Source: Pelagomonas calceolata (lineage: Eukaryota). Taken from it: a DNA stretch of 64,000 nt. The notes below the pieces were generated by a model. It was not told the DNA's origin and searched no databases. It was given only the letters and a program-made list of their open reading frames with translations. Position numbers and translations under genes: made by a program. Below, piece by piece: positions 29,896 to 40,956 of this stretch. The stretch spans positions 4,092,001 through 4,156,000 of the forward strand of contig CAKKNE010000004.1 in the NCBI GenBank assembly GCA_918797485.1. The letters run 5' to 3'. Position 1 is the first letter of the stretch. Each line of letters starts with the position of its first letter.

Positions 29896-32250
29896 ATGAC
29901 CGAGCAACCACCACCGGTGCCCCCCATCGACCAAGCGACGACGCAGAAGGCCGGCGTGCTGTGGAACAAGGTCCGGGACCACGTGGTGAGTGATGATAAC
30001 TTCGCGGAGACGCCACGTCCTGTCAATGACGATGAGGACGACGAAAAGAACTTGAAGCCCCCTTCGTTAGTGTACCCGCCCGACGGTTGTATACCTGTAT
30101 TGCATCCGGACGGCGACGTGAGATTTTACTGGGATCTCGCGCAAATGGTCTCATTGATCTGGGTGTCGATCTTCGTGCCTTTGCGGATCGGCTTCGACTG
30201 GCCGGCGGTCGGCATGTGGTTCATCATTGACTCGGTCATTGATCTGTACTTCATTTTTGACTTTGTGCTTGGGTTCTTCACGGCCGTGCATCTCCATGAA
30301 GATACACGAGTAGACGACGATGCCTCAGGTGATTATTTCGAGTTCGGCGGCCACTACGTCGTCGTCGACAAGAAACGCATCGCGTTATCTTATTTGAGGG
30401 GCTGGTTCGCGATTGATTTTTTTGCTTCGTTGCCGATCGAATTCTTCATGCGGCTGGAACAAGGGTCGCTAGGCTGTTCGTTTCGGGTCGTGAATCCTTG
30501 TAGCGTCAAGACTCATAGCACGGGTGCGACGATCAAGTTGGTGAAGATCTTGCGGTTGTTCCGAATTTTGAAGCTGTTTAGATTACTGAAGCTCAAAAAG
30601 TTATTTAACAGATACCAGGACGACTTTGTGTATCTGATGCCTTTCATATCCGCCACGAAGCTGGTGTTTGCCATGCTCTGGATGTCGCACTGGATGGGCT
30701 GTACCTATGCTTTAGTTTTTCCCTTCGAGGAACAAGATAAGCCCATGAACTCTCTGTCCAGTAAGTATCTGTGTGGAAATCAACCAGTGCGTCGGGTGCA
30801 CCCGATAATTCTTCACTAAGTCATTTTTGGCGATGCCGCTGCCGTGCTGGCTCCGTCGAGCGGTGAGGAACCGGCATCGCCACGCCATCGAGCATGCGTC
30901 GCATCGGTGGCGTGGAGGTCGACGCGAAGATTCAGCACGAACGCGCCGTAGGATTGTGATTTCCACACAGGTAAGTACATCGGCGCCATCTACTGGGCCA
31001 TGCAGACGATCACTACCGTCGGTTACGGCGACATGGTGCCTACCGCTGATGGGGGAAGATTAGTAGCTATAGCCGGCATGGCGATCGGGGGGTTGATCTT
31101 TGGCTGGCTCATCCAGTATGTGATTTCCGTCCTAGATCCGGACACGTTCGAGCGGAAACAGCAAGCTCGCATCGATCGCATGATGGCTTATTTAAGGGCT
31201 AATAGATTGCCTCCCCAACTGTCCGCGCGAGTGGTCAGACACGTCCGGCAACAAAACTCAAGACAGACCGAGGATCGGGCCGTGCTCACGGAATTACCTA
31301 GACAATTACGTTCAGATATCTGCCTGCACCTCTACGAGGCCTTCATGCTGAGCGTGCCTCTCTTTTCACACGCGGCGAACTCGTACACGCACCACGCCTT
31401 CGTGTGTGATGTCTGCACGAAGGTCATCCCGCTGACCATACCCGTGAGCGAGATGGTGTATGGGGCCGGCGACCTCGCGGAAGAAGGTGCGTACTTGATC
31501 GTGACGGGCGCCGTGCAACTCTTGTCTCCGGCGGCGCCCTCGAAGCGAAAGAAGATCGGCGGCACGAGCGGCGGCACGTCGGCGCGGGCCAAGCACGTCA
31601 TGGCCGAGGCCGGCCTCGAGAAGGAGCTTGGGGGCGGCGACGTCTTCGGCGAGTCGTCGGCGCTCGGGTCGACGCGGCGCTTCGACGAGGCCGTGGCTCG
31701 GAAGACGTCCGAGTTACTCACCATCTCGGGCCCGGATTTGCGATGTGCCTTGGACCTGGCGCCTCGACTGCGGTGGACCGTCTTGCAGCGGACCGTCGAG
31801 CACGCGATCAAGTGTATACACGACCCGCGGCTGCTCATGATTGTGTTAAGGGAATTACATTTACCGGAGTTGTTGGAGGAGGACTTGAGTGCACCGGCCG
31901 CGCGCTTCGAGGACTCGATCCGCATATTGCGACATCATAAAGTGTATAAGGTCGTCGCGAACTGGCGCGAGGCCCTCTACAACATTAGGGAGGAGTGGGA
32001 GGGCCGCGTCTGCTCGACGCCCAAGAACTACGCCGCTACGCCTCATACGCCGGGCAAGGCCTTCGCGGAGCCCGTCGCCACGGAGATGGACGTTCACGAG
32101 GAGCTCAAGTTAGTTAGAAGGGACCTGTCCGATTTGACGGACGCCGTCCGAGCCCTCTTCGCCACACGCGCTTTCGATCATGCGGACTTCCACAAGATCG
32201 GCGGCGCGCTGCACGGCGTGGCCCTCGCCGCGCGCGAGGCGGGGGAGTAA
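29896..32250 (+). CDS. Cyclic-nucleotide-binding-domain K+ channel (KCNH/HCN/plant Shaker-like), 2 exons: 29896-30760, 30971-32250
   Basis: S1 HPDG..FYWD, YLRGWFAIDFFASLP, S4 KLVKILRLFRILKLFRLLKLKK, pore YWAMQTITTVGYGD, C-linker LTELPRQLRSDI, CNBD GDVFGE. Confidence 0.92.
30761..30970 (+). mobile_element. Introner element / GT-AG intron (210 bp)
   Basis: TSD gtaagtat (30761-30768) / gtaagtac (30971-30978); TIR ctgtgtggaaatca...tgatttccacacag; joins SLS|SKYIGAIYW. Confidence 0.95.
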
Positions 32251-32675
32251 TCGCTCGTTCGTTACATATTGTTACGCGGTGTGGGGGGAGAGACAGCGCG
32301 TGTCTCCGATTCATCGTCTCTCCTTGTCGCGGCGCTCCGGCCGCGCCTCGGGGCCGATTCGATTTTGCGACGGACCTATCTTTGGAGTCGCAAGACGTCC
32401 TCGCCTTTTCCCAAACGCCGTTTTGGCTCGGGCGCGTGTTTTGGCTCGGGCTCGTGTGGAGCCATTTCTCCCATCAGACGGGCGCTGAAGGAGCTGCTTT
32501 ACCTTCCGTCGATTCAGAACTGCAGCCGCCCCGCGGCGCGACCTGCCTGTGCCAACACCACGCGCCCCAGCGACCTCGTGTACCCCACCCCGCAGCGGCT
32601 GCCCGCGTCGCGCCGGAACTAGTGCGGACAGCACCTTGATTGGGGTCCCCCCTCGCCGAGCACCAGAACGCCGGG

Positions 32676-33669
32676 ATGTGGGGCTCCGTGGAGACGACGG
32701 TGAAGCTGGCCTTCACGGGCCTTGCCGGCTTCACCCTGGCATGCGTCGTTATCGAGACGGCCGGGACCGCCGTCGGCAAGACGGTAGCGGGATCCAGTGA
32801 GAGCCAAAATTACTTCGTCACGCGAACTTTGGTCGAGTTGTTACCTGTGTGGAAATCAACCAGTGTGTCGGGTGCACTGGCGCGGCCGTGCTGGCTCGGT
32901 CGAGCGGTGAGGAACCGGCATCGCCACGCCATCGAGCAGGCGTCGCGTCGATGGCGTGGAAGTCGACGCGCCGATTCAGCACGAACGCGACGTAAAATTT
33001 TGATTTCCACACAGGTTGTTACTGGCGCTGTACGTGGCCGACTTCGTGACGGGTCTAATACATATGCTCCTTGACTTCCAGACGGTCGATGATGACGAAC
33101 TAAGGCTGCACATCGAGACTTCGGTCGAGGCCGTCGAGGCCTTTGAAAAGACCAAGCTCTTCACGGAGGCGACGGAGCGCGACAAATACCTCTGGAACTT
33201 TCACAGCCATCACGAGGCCGTCTACCCCTCGTCGGACTCGCAGCTCGAGCTCTTCATGCAATTGTTTTGGTACGTGCGCGTCGTCTGGCCCCTGTTCTAC
33301 CTCGGCTTCTATTATGGTTATGTCCCGGAGGCGACGTCGCGCGTCTGGCTCGTGGCGCTGATCGTCGGCCTGCCCTCGCAGCAGACGCACTTCCTCGCGC
33401 ACGCCCGAAGGCGTGGGCTCCTCAAGGAGTGGCCGATGATCGAGCGGCTGCAGGACTGGCGGATCATCCTGCACCCGGACGCGCACCAGCAGCACCACGA
33501 GAAGTTCAACTGCAACTTTTGTATCCTTAATGGCTGGGCGAACCCGCTGATGAACCGCGTTGCGCGGCTGCTGACGCACTTCGGCGTGCTCGCGGAGGAG
33601 CCGCCGACGGCGCGCAACCGGCGCGAGCGCGCGGAGCACAAGGACGCCAAGCTCAAGGAGCGATCCTAG
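32676..33669 (+). CDS. TMEM189/PEDS1/CarF/FAD4-family lipid desaturase, 2 exons: 32676-32836, 33015-33669
   Basis: ADFVTGLIHMLLD, FHSHH, QTHFLAH, LQDWRIIL...HQQHH, NFCILNGWANP. Start codon uncertain. Confidence 0.85.
32837..33014 (+). mobile_element. Introner element / GT-AG intron (178 bp) with perfect TSD
   Basis: Perfect 8-bp TSD gttgttac (32837-32844 and 33015-33022); perfect TIR ctgtgtggaaatcaa...ttgatttccacacag. Confidence 0.96.
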
Positions 33670-33823
33670 GCCCGGTCCGCCGCGGGACTGCCTCGGTAGT
33701 TTAACCCCGCGGCGACGACACCCCCTTCGCCGACCCACTGCTGTACTCTACCCCCGGTCCGCCGCCAGCGCCGCCGACCTCTAACCCGACCGATCGATCG
33801 ATGAAAATAACCAGAAAGTATAG

Positions 33824-35761
33824 TTAGTCCGACCACCCGTCCGACTCGCCCCCGTCCACGGGCGGCGTCCAGCCCTCGGGCGTCGCGGGCCGGCGCGCGG
33901 CGTCGGCGCGCCAGAGCCGCTCCTCCTCCTCCCGCTGCGCCTGGGCATTCGCCTCGGCGTCCACGAGCCTTCTGAGCGTCGCTTCCCGCCGTCGCTCGGC
34001 CCGGAGCTCCTCGAACGCGGCCCGCTCGGCCTGCTGCGCGACGTCCGGCTGCGGCGGCAGGCGGCTCGGCGAGAAGATGCCGGCGCCGTCGTCGTTTCGC
34101 GGTGCCGGCCGCCGGCCCCGCGGCGCGTCCAGAGAAGACTGGGGCCCGCGGTCGACGCCGGACGGCCGCGCGGGCAGCGTCCGCGACGGCGAGAAGACGC
34201 CGGCCGCGTCGTCGTCCCGCGGAAGGAGGGGCTGCGGCGGCGGGCTGCCGCCCGGCCGGCGCATATCGGCGTCGTCGCCCGCGCCGGCCCACCGCTCGGC
34301 GAAGGACAGCTCTTGGGGAGGCGTCGCGGGCCGCGCGGCGCGCGGCGGCGTCGCAGGTTTAATGACGGGCTCGGGCCCGGCGTAGACCGGCGCCTTGTCC
34401 GGCTGGCGTCTCTTTTTTAATTGTTTGGCCTGGTGCTCGACCTGCTTCTGGAGCCGCGCGTTGTCGCGCTCGAGCCTCGCCACGTCCTGCTGCGTGCCGC
34501 TCTGCTGCGTCGTCTTGCCGCCGCGGGCGACGCGGACCGTGCTCTTCTCCCGCTCAAGTACTTTGATCCTCGCGTCGCGCTCCCTCAAGCCGTCCTTCAG
34601 CGCCGCGACCTCCCTCCTTAACGCGTCCACGAGCTCGTCGTCGCCGTCGCCCTTCTCCAGCAGGCTCTTGATGTGGTCTTTATTCCGCTGGACTTCCTGC
34701 GTCTGCGCGACGACGCGGGCCTGCGACGCCTGGAGCGTCTCCCTGACCTTGACGACCTCGCGCTGCAGCGACTCCTTCTGCTCGAAGACCTCCTGGATCT
34801 CCCGTTCCCGCTCCTTGCGCGCTTCTTCTAGTTCTCTCTGAGCGACGGCGTCCACATCTCTACGCGGCGGCCGCTTCCGCACGCCCGACTCCGAGACCTC
34901 CCGTTCCAAGCGTCTGACTTTATTCTTCAGCATGACGATCTGCTGCGCGCGGCCCTTCCAGCCCTCGCCCTCATTCGCCAGCGCGTCCTCGAGCTTGTCG
35001 CCGACCTCCCTTACCAACGCGCGTCTTAATTTATCGGTCTCCGCGCGCTCCGTCTCGAGCTTATGCCTCAACTCCGCGGACCGCTTCTCGGCGCGGCGCT
35101 CGCGCTGCGAGGCCTTCGTCACGGGCGCCTCCTTGGCGGGCGCCTGGTTCTCCTGGAACGGGTAGCGCGCCGCGTCGGGGTCGAGCGGCCCGCGCGCCTT
35201 GAGCTCCTTCGCGAGGGCCGTCGCGTCGATCTTCAGCCGCTCGAAGTCCAGCGCAAGCTTCCGGTTCTTCTCGCGCTCCGACGCCAAAGCTACGGTATAA
35301 TTCCGGGCCTTCTTCGCGAGCTGGATGATCTTCGCGTCCCTCACATCGACCTCCGCTCCATTAATGCCCGCGTAGATCGTTTCCGGATTTACGCCGGGCA
35401 CGGGCGCTAAGGCCTCGAGCATGACCTGGTAGTTCTTTACTTGCTGGCGCTTCTGCCGGAGCTCGTCCGGGATGTCCGGCTCTTGGACTGGTGAAGGCTC
35501 CGGAACCGGCGACGGCGCCTTTTCGGGCGAGAAGACCTTCTGCTGGATTGTTTGTAGTCGCTGCTCGGCCTCGTCGTCGTCCGACTCCCCGAACGACCCG
35601 TCGTCGTCGTCATCCGGTAACGCCGCGACCTGCGCTTGATTCGCCTTGCGCGGCGTGCGTCGCTCGGGGACGTCGCCGCCCAGCAGCGCGTCCACCAAAG
35701 CGCCCTCCTTCCCATAGTCGTAGGTCACCTGGTAGGCCTGGGTCGTCTGGAGCGAGGTCAT
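33824..35761 (-). CDS. Coiled-coil protein, CCDC13-like
   Basis: Long heptad region with KIIQLAKKARNYTVAL and GWKGRAQQIVMLKNKV, resembling the CCDC13 WRGRAQQI motif. Confidence 0.65.
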   Translation of the reverse strand: MTSLQTTQAYQVTYDYGKEGALVDALLGGDVPERRTPRKANQAQVAALPDDDDDGSFGESDDDEAEQRLQTIQQKVFSPEKAPSPVPEPSPVQEPDIPDELRQKRQQVKNYQVMLEALAPVPGVNPETIYAGINGAEVDVRDAKIIQLAKKARNYTVALASEREKNRKLALDFERLKIDATALAKELKARGPLDPDAARYPFQENQAPAKEAPVTKASQRERRAEKRSAELRHKLETERAETDKLRRALVREVGDKLEDALANEGEGWKGRAQQIVMLKNKVRRLEREVSESGVRKRPPRRDVDAVAQRELEEARKEREREIQEVFEQKESLQREVVKVRETLQASQARVVAQTQEVQRNKDHIKSLLEKGDGDDELVDALRREVAALKDGLRERDARIKVLEREKSTVRVARGGKTTQQSGTQQDVARLERDNARLQKQVEHQAKQLKKRRQPDKAPVYAGPEPVIKPATPPRAARPATPPQELSFAERWAGAGDDADMRRPGGSPPPQPLLPRDDDAAGVFSPSRTLPARPSGVDRGPQSSLDAPRGRRPAPRNDDGAGIFSPSRLPPQPDVAQQAERAAFEELRAERRREATLRRLVDAEANAQAQREEEERLWRADAARRPATPEGWTPPVDGGESDGWSD

Positions 35762-36166
35762 GGTCCCCGGGGCAGCCGCGAGTCGGCGCGACGGTGGGAC
35801 CGCTGTGCGATGGGCTAAGCTCCTTGGGGCAGCTTCGAGGTCTCCGTGCGGCGCGGCGGCGGCGTCGAGGGCAGCGCACGGATGGCACCGTGTGTGGGCA
35901 GCGCACGACGGTGGGGGCAGGCGCCGATAAAGCGCCCTGATCATGCGGCTAACGAAAATACGAGCGTGTACCCGCGCAGGTCGGTGAAGCGTCGCTCGAG
36001 TCCATCCGACGACTCGTGCGTCCCGCGGATCCCTCCCCCAGCCGGGATGCCTGGTCTTCGTCGGTTTGGTGCCGGGGTTGTTTGTAATTTGCGCGGCAGC
36101 GCGGCGCATTGCATCGAAACGCTGCCCACACAGCTCTCCTGCGGTCGCGGGGCAGCCATTCCCAGG

Positions 36167-36739
36167 ATGATCCTCAGGAGGAGCGCCGCGGGGATCGTGC
36201 TCTATGCCTACGGCGCCGGCGCCGAGTGCGCAGGCTGCACCAAAAAGCTCTTCGAGCCGACCTGCGACGGCTTCTCGAAGAAAACGGATCGCTGGGGCAA
36301 CTGGTACGAGCGGCACGTCCCCGTGCCGCAGTCGACGCGCGCGCCGACGACGAGCCCGGCGCCCACCGCCTCGTGGGCGCCCACGACGCCGCGTGGAGCC
36401 GACACCCCGGCACCGACCGTGGAGCCGACGCCGGAGCCGACGCCGCGGCCGTCGACCGGCGCCCCCACGACGCCGACGGCGGCGCCGACGCTCATCAGTC
36501 TGCGCACGGGCGGGACGTGCCCGAAGAAGATGTGCTGCGCCGAGCAGGAGGAGGATTGTTGTCTAGTGGACCCGCCGCGCGTGCTGGGCATGTGCCTCGC
36601 GATATTGGCGTTCTTCTTCCTGGCCGTGGTGGTCGCGCGGCCGCGCTGGGCCATGCCCAAGGGGCTCTTCGGGGGCAAGCGCGAGCAGTACTGCGAGAAC
36701 CACGACGTGCACGTACGCGCCGCCGAGAAGGGGGTCTAA
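36167..36739 (+). CDS. Small type-I membrane protein with Cys-rich ends and Pro/Thr stalk
   Basis: Signal-like N-terminus, APT/PTP repeats, CPKKMCC...CC, TM VLGMCLAILAFFFLAVVV. Start uncertain. Confidence 0.6.
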   Translation: MILRRSAAGIVLYAYGAGAECAGCTKKLFEPTCDGFSKKTDRWGNWYERHVPVPQSTRAPTTSPAPTASWAPTTPRGADTPAPTVEPTPEPTPRPSTGAPTTPTAAPTLISLRTGGTCPKKMCCAEQEEDCCLVDPPRVLGMCLAILAFFFLAVVVARPRWAMPKGLFGGKREQYCENHDVHVRAAEKGV

Positions 36740-36757
36740 AATAAATAAACACTACTT

Positions 36758-37261
36758 TTATTCGAGCTCGGCCGCGGCGCCGAGCTCCGTGAGCTTCTTG
36801 ACGATCTCCTCGGCCTCGTCTTTCTTCACCTCCTTCTTGAGCACGGACGGCGCGCCCTCGACGACCTCCTTCGCCTCCTTGAGCCCCAAGCCCGTCAGCG
36901 CGCGCACCTCCTTGATGACCTTGATCTTGGCCTTCGCATCAAAGCTCGTCAGCTTGATGTCGAAGAACTCCTTCTCCTCCGCGGCGGCCTCGGCCGGCGC
37001 CGCGGCCGCGGGCGCGGCCGCGGCGGCGACCTGCACCACGCCGCCGCCGCCGCCGCCGCCTTGTAAATCGGCGTCGCTCAGGCCCGCGCGCTCCTTGAAG
37101 AGGTCGAGGAACTCCTTGAGCTCCAAAACGTTGAGCTGGCAGACGTCGTCGCAGATCTTCTCGACCTTTTCGCTCGCCGCCGGCGCGGTCATCCGTCGTC
37201 GGCTCGCGCTCCGCGCGGCGGCCGGGGCCAGCCGCCTCGCCGTGCGCAGGACGGCCAGCAT
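36758..37261 (-). CDS. rplL: Ribosomal protein L7/L12, mitochondrial precursor
   Basis: [31 protein letters not shown]; Arg/Ala-rich presequence. Confidence 0.95.
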   Translation of the reverse strand: MLAVLRTARRLAPAAARSASRRRMTAPAASEKVEKICDDVCQLNVLELKEFLDLFKERAGLSDADLQGGGGGGGVVQVAAAAAPAAAAPAEAAAEEKEFFDIKLTSFDAKAKIKVIKEVRALTGLGLKEAKEVVEGAPSVLKKEVKKDEAEEIVKKLTELGAAAELE

Positions 37262-37408
37262 GGTGGTGCTTCGCTATTGCTCGCTCGCTCGCGCGGAAAC
37301 GATTCTGTGAATTGAGAGAGTTGTTACAGCTTCCTGCTGCTGCAAGGCGTCGTGCACGCGGCGACAGCCAAGGCGTAGTGGCACAGCAGCAGTAATCCGC
37401 TCTAGCGG

Positions 37409-37441
37409 GCTAGCGGCCTGTACAGGTAATAAGACACTAGC
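37409..37441 (+). promoter_or_regulatory. Conserved intergenic motif copy 4 (~10-bp insertion)
   Basis: gctagcggcctgtacaggtaataagacactagc between divergent ATGs 37261 and 37698. Confidence 0.55.
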
Positions 37442-37697
37442 TGAACCCGACAAATCCAGTGAAAGCAGCCAAAACGAGGCCACCAGCCGCCCTCGAGGAT
37501 CCCAGGACGCGTAGCGATTCAAGCAGTCGCCCCGCGGCCGCATCCTTGCCGTCTCGCGTAATTGTTGCCCCACAAAAAAAATACTGCCTCGCAGAGGGCG
37601 CTCTCCCAGTACGACACAGACGCGGGCTGCCCCGCAAACAAGACTACAGCCCCACCGAGCCCAGTAAACCACGCGGACGCGCTCCCGGCCGATAACG

Positions 37698-38258
37698 ATG
37701 CTCGCCCGCCCCCTGCTCTGGGCCGTCCCGGCCGTGATTGGTGCGTGCGCCCTCGTCGAGGGCTTGTTACTACTGACGACGACTTCCAGTGATTTCTGTT
37801 CCGACGCGATGCCCATGGACATGCAAATGAGTGGCTTCGCCACGGTCTGGGGCACGCCGTCCTGCGTCGTCCTCTTCAACGCGGCCTGGGTCCTGGCGAC
37901 GCGATGGGACTTTTTGCTCGCGTTCGTCCTCGTCATGGCCGGCGGCGCGGGCTCCGAGGCCCTCGGGTATGTTAGAAGGAGACGGCGCGCGGCCGTCGTC
38001 GCGGCCAAGGGGCGCCTGTCGTTGCGGGACCGCGTCATCGCGTCGTTACTGTTCATGGCGCACGTGCTGCTGGGCTACCTGCTCATGCTCTGCGCGATGA
38101 CGTACCAGTTCGAGTTCTTGTTCGCCGTCTGTGTGGGTCTGGGCGCGGGCCACCTCGCGTTCGACGACGGCGGCGTGCCCGAGCGGCCGGACCCGTGCTG
38201 CGGCGACGTCGCGCCGACGGAGCGCAGCCCGCTTCGGAGCCCCCTGTTAAGCGTCTGA
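37698..38258 (+). CDS. Ctr/COPT copper transporter
   Basis: Met-rich MPMDMQM, GYLLMLCAMTY (MxxxM), GLGAG (GxxxG), C-terminal PCC. Confidence 0.9.
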   Translation: MLARPLLWAVPAVIGACALVEGLLLLTTTSSDFCSDAMPMDMQMSGFATVWGTPSCVVLFNAAWVLATRWDFLLAFVLVMAGGAGSEALGYVRRRRRAAVVAAKGRLSLRDRVIASLLFMAHVLLGYLLMLCAMTYQFEFLFAVCVGLGAGHLAFDDGGVPERPDPCCGDVAPTERSPLRSPLLSV

Positions 38259-38338
38259 TTTCTCTTCTTTTAACGTGCTTTATCATCTACTCCCCCTCAG
38301 CATTCGCTCTGTACATATGCCTCGCTTGGCGCGCGCCG

Positions 38339-39759
38339 CTAATAGGAAGCCGGTGGCGGCGGCGGCGGCGGCGCGCCGAAGGTCGGCGGCGGCGGCAGGT
38401 GGCTGTAGTCGGCCTTCGCGTTGCCGTACTTGGCCTTGAGCGAGGGGTCCGACGCCGAGGAGTGGAAGCCGTCCGCGTAGCGCCGGCCGATCGCGTCGAC
38501 CTGTGTGGAAATCAACCAGTGCGTCGGTGCACGCCATCGAGCAGGTGTCGCGTCGATGGCGTGGAGGACGACGAGAACGCGCCGTAAAATTTGATTTCCA
38601 CACAGGCGGCGACGCGGCGGTTGCAGAAGGCGTAGCGCTCGCCCGTCTCGGCCTGGGGCGTCGGCGCTGGGGGCGGCGGCGGCGGCGCGCTCTGGAGCGG
38701 CGGGCCGGGCGCGGGCGGGGCCGCCGCACGCGGCACGAACTGCGGCGACACCGTCGGCTGCTGGGCCGGCGGCGGCGGCGGCGGCTGCGGGGCCGCCTGC
38801 CGGAGGGGCCCGCCGGCCTTGAACGCCGTAAAAGCCTGGAACTGCGCCGGCGCCTGGCCCGCGGGCCGCAGCGGCGACGACTGCGCCGACGTCGCCGCGG
38901 GCCGCATGGGCGACGACTGGGGCAGCGGCGCCGAAGCGGGCCTCAGCGGCGACGGCGGTTGCTGCGGCGCGGCGGGCATCGGTGGCGGCGGCGCGGCGGC
39001 GACCATAGGCGCTGCTGCGGGCACGGGCGGCGGTGGCGAGGCCAGAGGTGGCGGCGGCGCGGCGGCCATAGGCGGCGCAGCAGCCATGTGCGGCGCGGCC
39101 GCGGCGACCGGCGGGGGCCGCGCGGCCGGCGGCGTCGGCGGCGCCGCGAAGTAGCCCGGGTCCACGTACCTCCCGCTCGCGCTCGCCGCGCTCATCTGCG
39201 GCGCGCCGTACGCCGGCATGGCCCCCGTCGGCGGCGCGCCTAGCTGTGGAGGCGGCGGCGCCGCGGCCGCCTGTGAAGAAGGCTCCTCGGCCTCGGCGCG
39301 CATCTGCAGCGGCAGCAGCCACTGGCGCAGGGCCAGGTTCGAGGACACGTCGTAGGCCGTCCGCCGCATGTTGTCGCGGGCGACGATCGACGCGCCGCGG
39401 TTCACTAATATTTGGGCCGCCTGCATCGCGCCGGCCCGACCGGCCTTGTGCAGCGGCGTCTCGTGCGTCGACCGCGTCCGCGCGTCGACGTCGGCGCCCT
39501 CGTCCAACAAATACTCGACGCAGGGCACGAAGTCCGCCTCCGCGGCCAGATGTAAAGGTGTACAGTCGCTGCCGAGCGGCTGGTTCAGCGCGTCGCCCCC
39601 AAAAAAATTCTCCTGGAGGAGCCGCTGCGTCGTCGGCCAGTCGTGCTTGCGGATCGCGATCTGCAATTCTTGCGCCGGGCCTTCGACCGGCGCGACGACC
39701 TCGCCGATGCGCTGGATAAACGTGTCGGCGCGCTGGAAGACGGAGTTGAGGAAGGCCAT
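38339..39759 (-). CDS. Ankyrin-repeat protein with Pro-rich C-terminus, 2 exons: 39759-38614, 38500-38339
   Basis: TPLHLAA...LLDEGADVDAR, TPLHKA...LVNRGASI. Introner removal joins NRR|VDAIGRRYADGFHSSASDP. Confidence 0.82.
38501..38613 (-). mobile_element. Introner element / GT-AG intron (113 bp), internally deleted, opposite orientation to the host gene
   Basis: TIR 38501-38605; TSD gcgtcgac / gcggcgac (7/8). Confidence 0.93.
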
Positions 39760-39955
39760 GGCTTCCGCGCGCCGCCCTCGCGCCTACCGAGGAGCTTCGC
39801 AAAAATGCTGTGGCCTCTTCAGGCGGCGTAAAGCGATGCGGCGGATTTACGTGCCGATGGACGACAGTGCCAGTGGTCGATTGCGGGTGTCAGGCCACCG
39901 CTAGGCTCGCTAGCAGCGCAGCGCTGGCCCAAGAGGATGCGACGCCTCTCCGCTT

Positions 39956-39979
39956 GCTAGTGTCTTACATGACGCTAGC
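39956..39979 (-). promoter_or_regulatory. Conserved intergenic motif copy 5
   Basis: Reverse complement gctagcgtcatgtaagacactagc between divergent ATGs 39759 and 40083. Confidence 0.65.
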
Positions 39980-40082
39980 TATAGCTCGGCCGGCCTAGTC
40001 TGGACTCTGGCAAAGCGCTTGATCTAGACGAGAGGGGAGGACTAGCGGTCACGAACGCTAGATTATAAACGACATTGCCACA

Positions 40083-40863
40083 ATGGTCACCACTCGCTCC
40101 CAAGACAAGATGACTTTTGCCGACAAGATCAGAGCTCAGGGCTTTTCGCTCGCGGATTGTAAGTTTTTCAAGTTAAATGCCCTGTTCCCGATTATGCTGG
40201 GCCTCGCGCACGCCACGTGTGCGCTCTGGTGCGGCTCGGGCCTCGCGGCGGCCGTCGTCGCCGCGATTCCCGTCGCCGACGTCGAGAAGGTCCCGCTCTT
40301 CACCGTCTTCGCACTACCCGTCTACGCCATCCTCCTGTCCATCGTAGCTCTAGAGGGCCTGGCGGCGCTCGCGCCCAACGGTTCGCCAACCGCGTAGCAT
40401 TCAGATTCTATTGTGCCACACAGCCAGATCGAGACTCAATTCCACTCAGGTTACCAGTCCCAGATCGGCCGCGCGGCCAAGGCGCCCGGCGCCATCGAGG
40501 AGCTCGGCTTCCCGGGCTCGGGCTGGATCGAGCGCGTCCAGTCCTCGCAGTATAACACATGGGAATCCGCCATCCTCGCCGTCTGCTGCTTCTTCGTCGG
40601 CATCGAGGAGAAACTTACGCCTTCGCTCTTTTCCGAGCTCGCGGCGCTCCTCCTCGTCTGCCGCCTCGTCTACCCGCTGCCCTACGCGCTGGACGTCGAC
40701 CTCGTCCGCACGCAAGTCTGGCTCACGGGCCTCTACGTCGCGGTCCGTGCAGAAATCAACCTATGCTCGCCGAGTAGGACCACGGATCGATTCCACACAG
40801 GCCACGATAATGGTCGCGGCCTGCGCACTGTATCCCGAGACGATGCAGCCGTTCTTCGCTTAG
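40083..40863 (+). CDS. MAPEG-family membrane protein, 3 exons: 40083-40380, 40450-40736, 40801-40863
   Basis: GWIERVQSSQYNTWE, LLLVCRLVYPLPYALDVDLVRTQVW. Introns 40381-40449 and 40737-40800 restore the frame. Confidence 0.72.
40737..40800 (+). mobile_element. Decayed introner / GT-AG intron (64 bp)
   Basis: gtcgcggt + ccgtgcagaaatcaacc...gattccacacag + gccacgat: degenerate TIRs and 5/8 TSD. Confidence 0.75.
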
Positions 40864-40956
40864 ACGCCGCGGCGGCCGGCGACGGCGTGAGGGGAAACGA
40901 CGTCGCGGTGGCGGCGCGAGGGGGGAAGATAATTCCACGACAACACATATATTACA

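Noticed and set aside
12818..38560. Short ORFs sharing peptides such as CSMAWRCRFL, WLISTQ, HAIEQASRRWRGG (e.g. 22727, 30712, 32810, 38503)
   Set aside because: Translations of the non-coding introner repeat, not a protein family.
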